Source of the DNA: Lama guanicoe
Lineage: Eukaryota
Direction: 5' to 3'
Assembly (NCBI GenBank): GCA_013239625.1
Contig: MU053934.1
Span: 713,285-777,284, forward strand
DNA: 64,000 bases
Below are positions 61,230 through 64,000 of this stretch, piece by piece; position 1 is the first letter of the stretch; the number at the start of each line of letters is the position of its first letter. The notes beneath the pieces were generated by a model, which had not been told where the DNA came from, ran no database searches, and worked only from the letters and a program-made list of their open reading frames with translations. The position numbers were made by a program, and so were the translations under genes.

Positions 61230-62545
61230 TTGTTTTTAATTTATATATGGTAAAACTCATTTTATTTTGATGTACAGTTTTACGAGTTTTAATACATGCA
61301 TAGATTTGTGTAACCAGCTTCATAGCCATGGCACAGAACTGCCTCATGATTCTGAAAGTCTCCCTCATGCTGCTTCTTTGTGGTCTCACCCTCCCCCACC
61401 ACTAGACTTTGGCAATTACTATAGTTTGGTCTTTTCCAAAGTGTCACGTAGTATACTGTATACAGTTTTTTGAACTTGGCTTCCTTCACTCAGCATAATG
61501 CCTTTGACATTCGTCCACGCTGTCTTGACTATCAATGCTTTGTTTCTTGTACTGATGAGCAGTGCTCTGTTTTCCGGACGTACCATAGTTTGTTTACCCA
61601 TTCGCCTACTGAGGGACACAGTGGTTCTGTACAGTTTTTTGGAGTGATTTTGCATAGAGCTGCTGTCAACCTTCACCTACAGGTTTTTGAGTGAACGTGT
61701 CTTTTTTCCTTTACGGTAAATATAAGGAGTGTGATTTCTTGGCCACACAGTGAGTGTGTGTTTACAACTTTATAAGGAACAGCCGAAATACTTTCCTAGA
61801 TCATTTTACTTTCCCAACAGCCAAGGACAAAAGCCTCAGATGCTCTCTGCCCTTCCCAGCACGTGGAAATGGCAACGTTTTTTAAAATTTTAGCCATTAT
61901 AATAGATGCGAAGGGATACCTCATGATTTCAGTTTGCATTTTCCTGATGACTTAGGATGTTGAACATCTTTTTGTGTTCTTATCTGCCATCCAGATATCT
62001 TCTTTGGTGAAGTCTCTGTTAAATCTTTTGTCCATTAAAAAAAAAAGATTATTTGTTTTCTTATGGCTGAGTTTTTTACTTTCTTTATATATACTAAATA
62101 CAACTTTTCTGTTGTTATTGGATGTATGATTCACAAATATTTTCTTTCATTCTCTGGCTTATCCTTTCACTCTCTTAACATTGCTTTCTGCAAAGTGGAA
62201 GTTTTTAAATGAAAAATAATTTGTAAATTTTTTATTTTGTGGATCATACTTTTGCTATCATGTCTAAGAACTTTTTGCCTAATCAAAGATCATAATGTTT
62301 TTGCTGAAGTTTTCTTCTAAGAGTTTTATATGATTATGTTTTTTTCTATGTATATCTCTTACCTATTTTGAGTTAATTTTTGTTTAAGGTGCAAGATATA
62401 GAGAGAGGTTCATTTTCTTGCATCTGGATACCCAATTGTTCCAGTACCATTTGCTAAAAAGATTATCATTTGAATTGCCTTTGCAATTTGGTCAAAAATC
62501 AATCAGCCATATTTGTGTGGGGCAATTTCTGGACTCTATTTTCAG
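61230..62545 (-). mobile_element. Old L1 (L1MB/MD/ME-like) 3' UTR plus ORF2 end
   Basis: tgtacagttttacgagttttaa...ggcttccttcactcagcataatg...gatgttgaacatcttttt...gttccagtaccatttg. The minus-strand ORF ends with the L1 ORF2-like FTKEDIWMADKNTKRCSTS. Confidence 0.85.
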
Positions 62546-62629
62546 AGTTAGAGAAAAATTTTTTCAAAGGGCTAAATAGTAAATATTTTAGGCTGTGGGT
62601 CATGTGGTCTCTTTTGTGTAAAAGTAGTT

Positions 62630-63160
62630 GAGGGGGAGGAAAAGTAGTTTTTCCTTACCCTTCTAGGTTCTTGGCTGAGACCCTCCTGTAACAGAAGACA
62701 AATTAACAGGAGAAAGACAAAAGTTTAATAACATGTACACCTCCTGTCCTGTCTATGTGGGAGACCCAGGAAAACTAACTAACTTTCCAAAATGACTCAA
62801 GCCACCACCTTAAATAACATCTCCCTCCAAAGACAAAAGATGATTTGGGGTGAGGAGTGGGCAGTTATGGGGAGTTAGTAGAATAATAAACTTGGGAAAG
62901 GCTGTTATATAGATTTAAGTCATGCCTTCTTCATTGATAAGGATTTCTAGAGATTTAGAGTCATTTTTCTCTTTCAGGTACAGAGAAGGAGTCACCTTAC
63001 AAATGGAGATTTCCCTATAAATGTAAATGTCTCTTACAAAAGGATAATTCTCTGATTTTTCACAGCTTCTCATATGTCTGAAGTTTCATAAAAAATAGTC
63101 AACTCAAAATAATCCCTATGCCAAAGAGACATATTTTGGGGTCACAAATTCTGCCCCCCA
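62630..63160 (-). mobile_element. ERV1-class LTR (MER31/MER67-like)
   Basis: ggggaggaaaag...ttctaggttcttggctgag...aagacaaattaacaggagaaa...ctcaaaataatccctatgccaaagagacatattttgggg. Confidence 0.7.
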
Positions 63161-63359
63161 CCTTTCTAAGATGATAAGTTATTGTAGTGGGTGGAGTGTG
63201 TTGGCCATGGGAGTTGAGGAAGAGAAGAGAGTTGAAGGTGACCTGCAGGTTTCTACTTTGAGATCTGAAGTCATTTGAACTTTCAGTTGGTAGAATTCTG
63301 GGTAAGTGTAGTTAACTGTATTAGACACATCTTGTATCCTGCCCTGTGATTCCATAGAC

Positions 63360-63515
63360 CAGTAGTTCTCAAACTTGCATGTGCATTAGAGTCACTTGGA
63401 GGACTTGGTAAAACTCGGCTTGCTAAGCCCTCTCCCAGAGTATCTGGCTCAGTAGGCTTGGGGTGGGGCGTGAGAATTTGTTTTTACTGTAGCTTCTTAG
63501 GGGATGCTGATTTTT
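63360..63515. mobile_element. MER5A-like MITE
   Basis: cagtagttctcaaactt...gcattagagtcacttggagg...ctcagtaggcttggggtggggc.tgagaatttg. Confidence 0.8.
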
Positions 63516-64000
63516 CTGGTTCTTCTTTTGTCCCAGCCATTACGGCAGCCATCTTCTCTGCCCAGATGAATGTACTTGCAGTGTTTTCTGCCCTGGTGCA
63601 TCTCTGGTTTTTCAGTAGAGGGTGCCTGTGGGGAGCCTGCCTGGCACTCAAACACATGCTATTTAGAAGTGCAAGACAATTAACACCTCTTGGTGAACCT
63701 CTGAACCATAGAGAATCAGAGCTGGTAGATAAATGTTGGTATATCTGAGGTGCATTCTAGAGGGTTCCTCTGAATGTACCAGGGGAACTGCATCCCAGGT
63801 GTCCAACTTGATATTAGGCATCATGCCCTCAGATGGGTTTCCCCTCCTTCCACAACTCACTACTCAGTCTCCTGTCCCCAGGCTCACTTTCCAGAACAAG
63901 GCCCTGCACATAAGCCCTTGACCCAGGTTCTGCTTTCAAGGAGGACCTCGGTCTAGGATGTTTAGACCAAGGGTTGTCCACGTCTTCCTCTGTCTCATCA

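Noticed and set aside
1..64000. CRISPR array, operon or other novel multi-gene system
   Set aside because: The DNA is mammalian and TE-dominated, with no repeat-spacer array, no long ORFs and no gene cluster.

Overview
Repeat-rich non-coding mammalian DNA (intronic or intergenic), almost certainly from a camelid (alpaca, llama or camel). The evidence is five copies of the tRNA-Ala-derived vic-1-type SINE plus cetartiodactyl-type L1 3' ends. I recognise no protein-coding exon, RNA gene or prokaryote-type system; the supplied ORFs are chance ORFs or fall in repeats, and the only recognisable peptide is the L1 ORF2 C-terminus. The window is a layered record of ancient L2/MIR, MaLR/ERV LTRs, hAT/Tigger MITEs, old L1M and younger L1/SINE insertions. 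The most notable items are: a 229-bp tandem duplication whose mismatch pattern indicates a sequencing/assembly artefact; two tracts where old L1/L2 sequence has gained many CpGs (candidate GC-biased gene-conversion footprints); an unexplained degenerate ~15-bp TGGGAAAA array; two 5'-inverted L1s; an L1 inserted into another L1 at the homologous position; and two repeat-free blocks with RFX X-boxes. I found no convincing previously undescribed biological system. Repeat family names come from remembered consensus sequences and need Dfam/RepeatMasker confirmation. Boundaries of old repeats are approximate.
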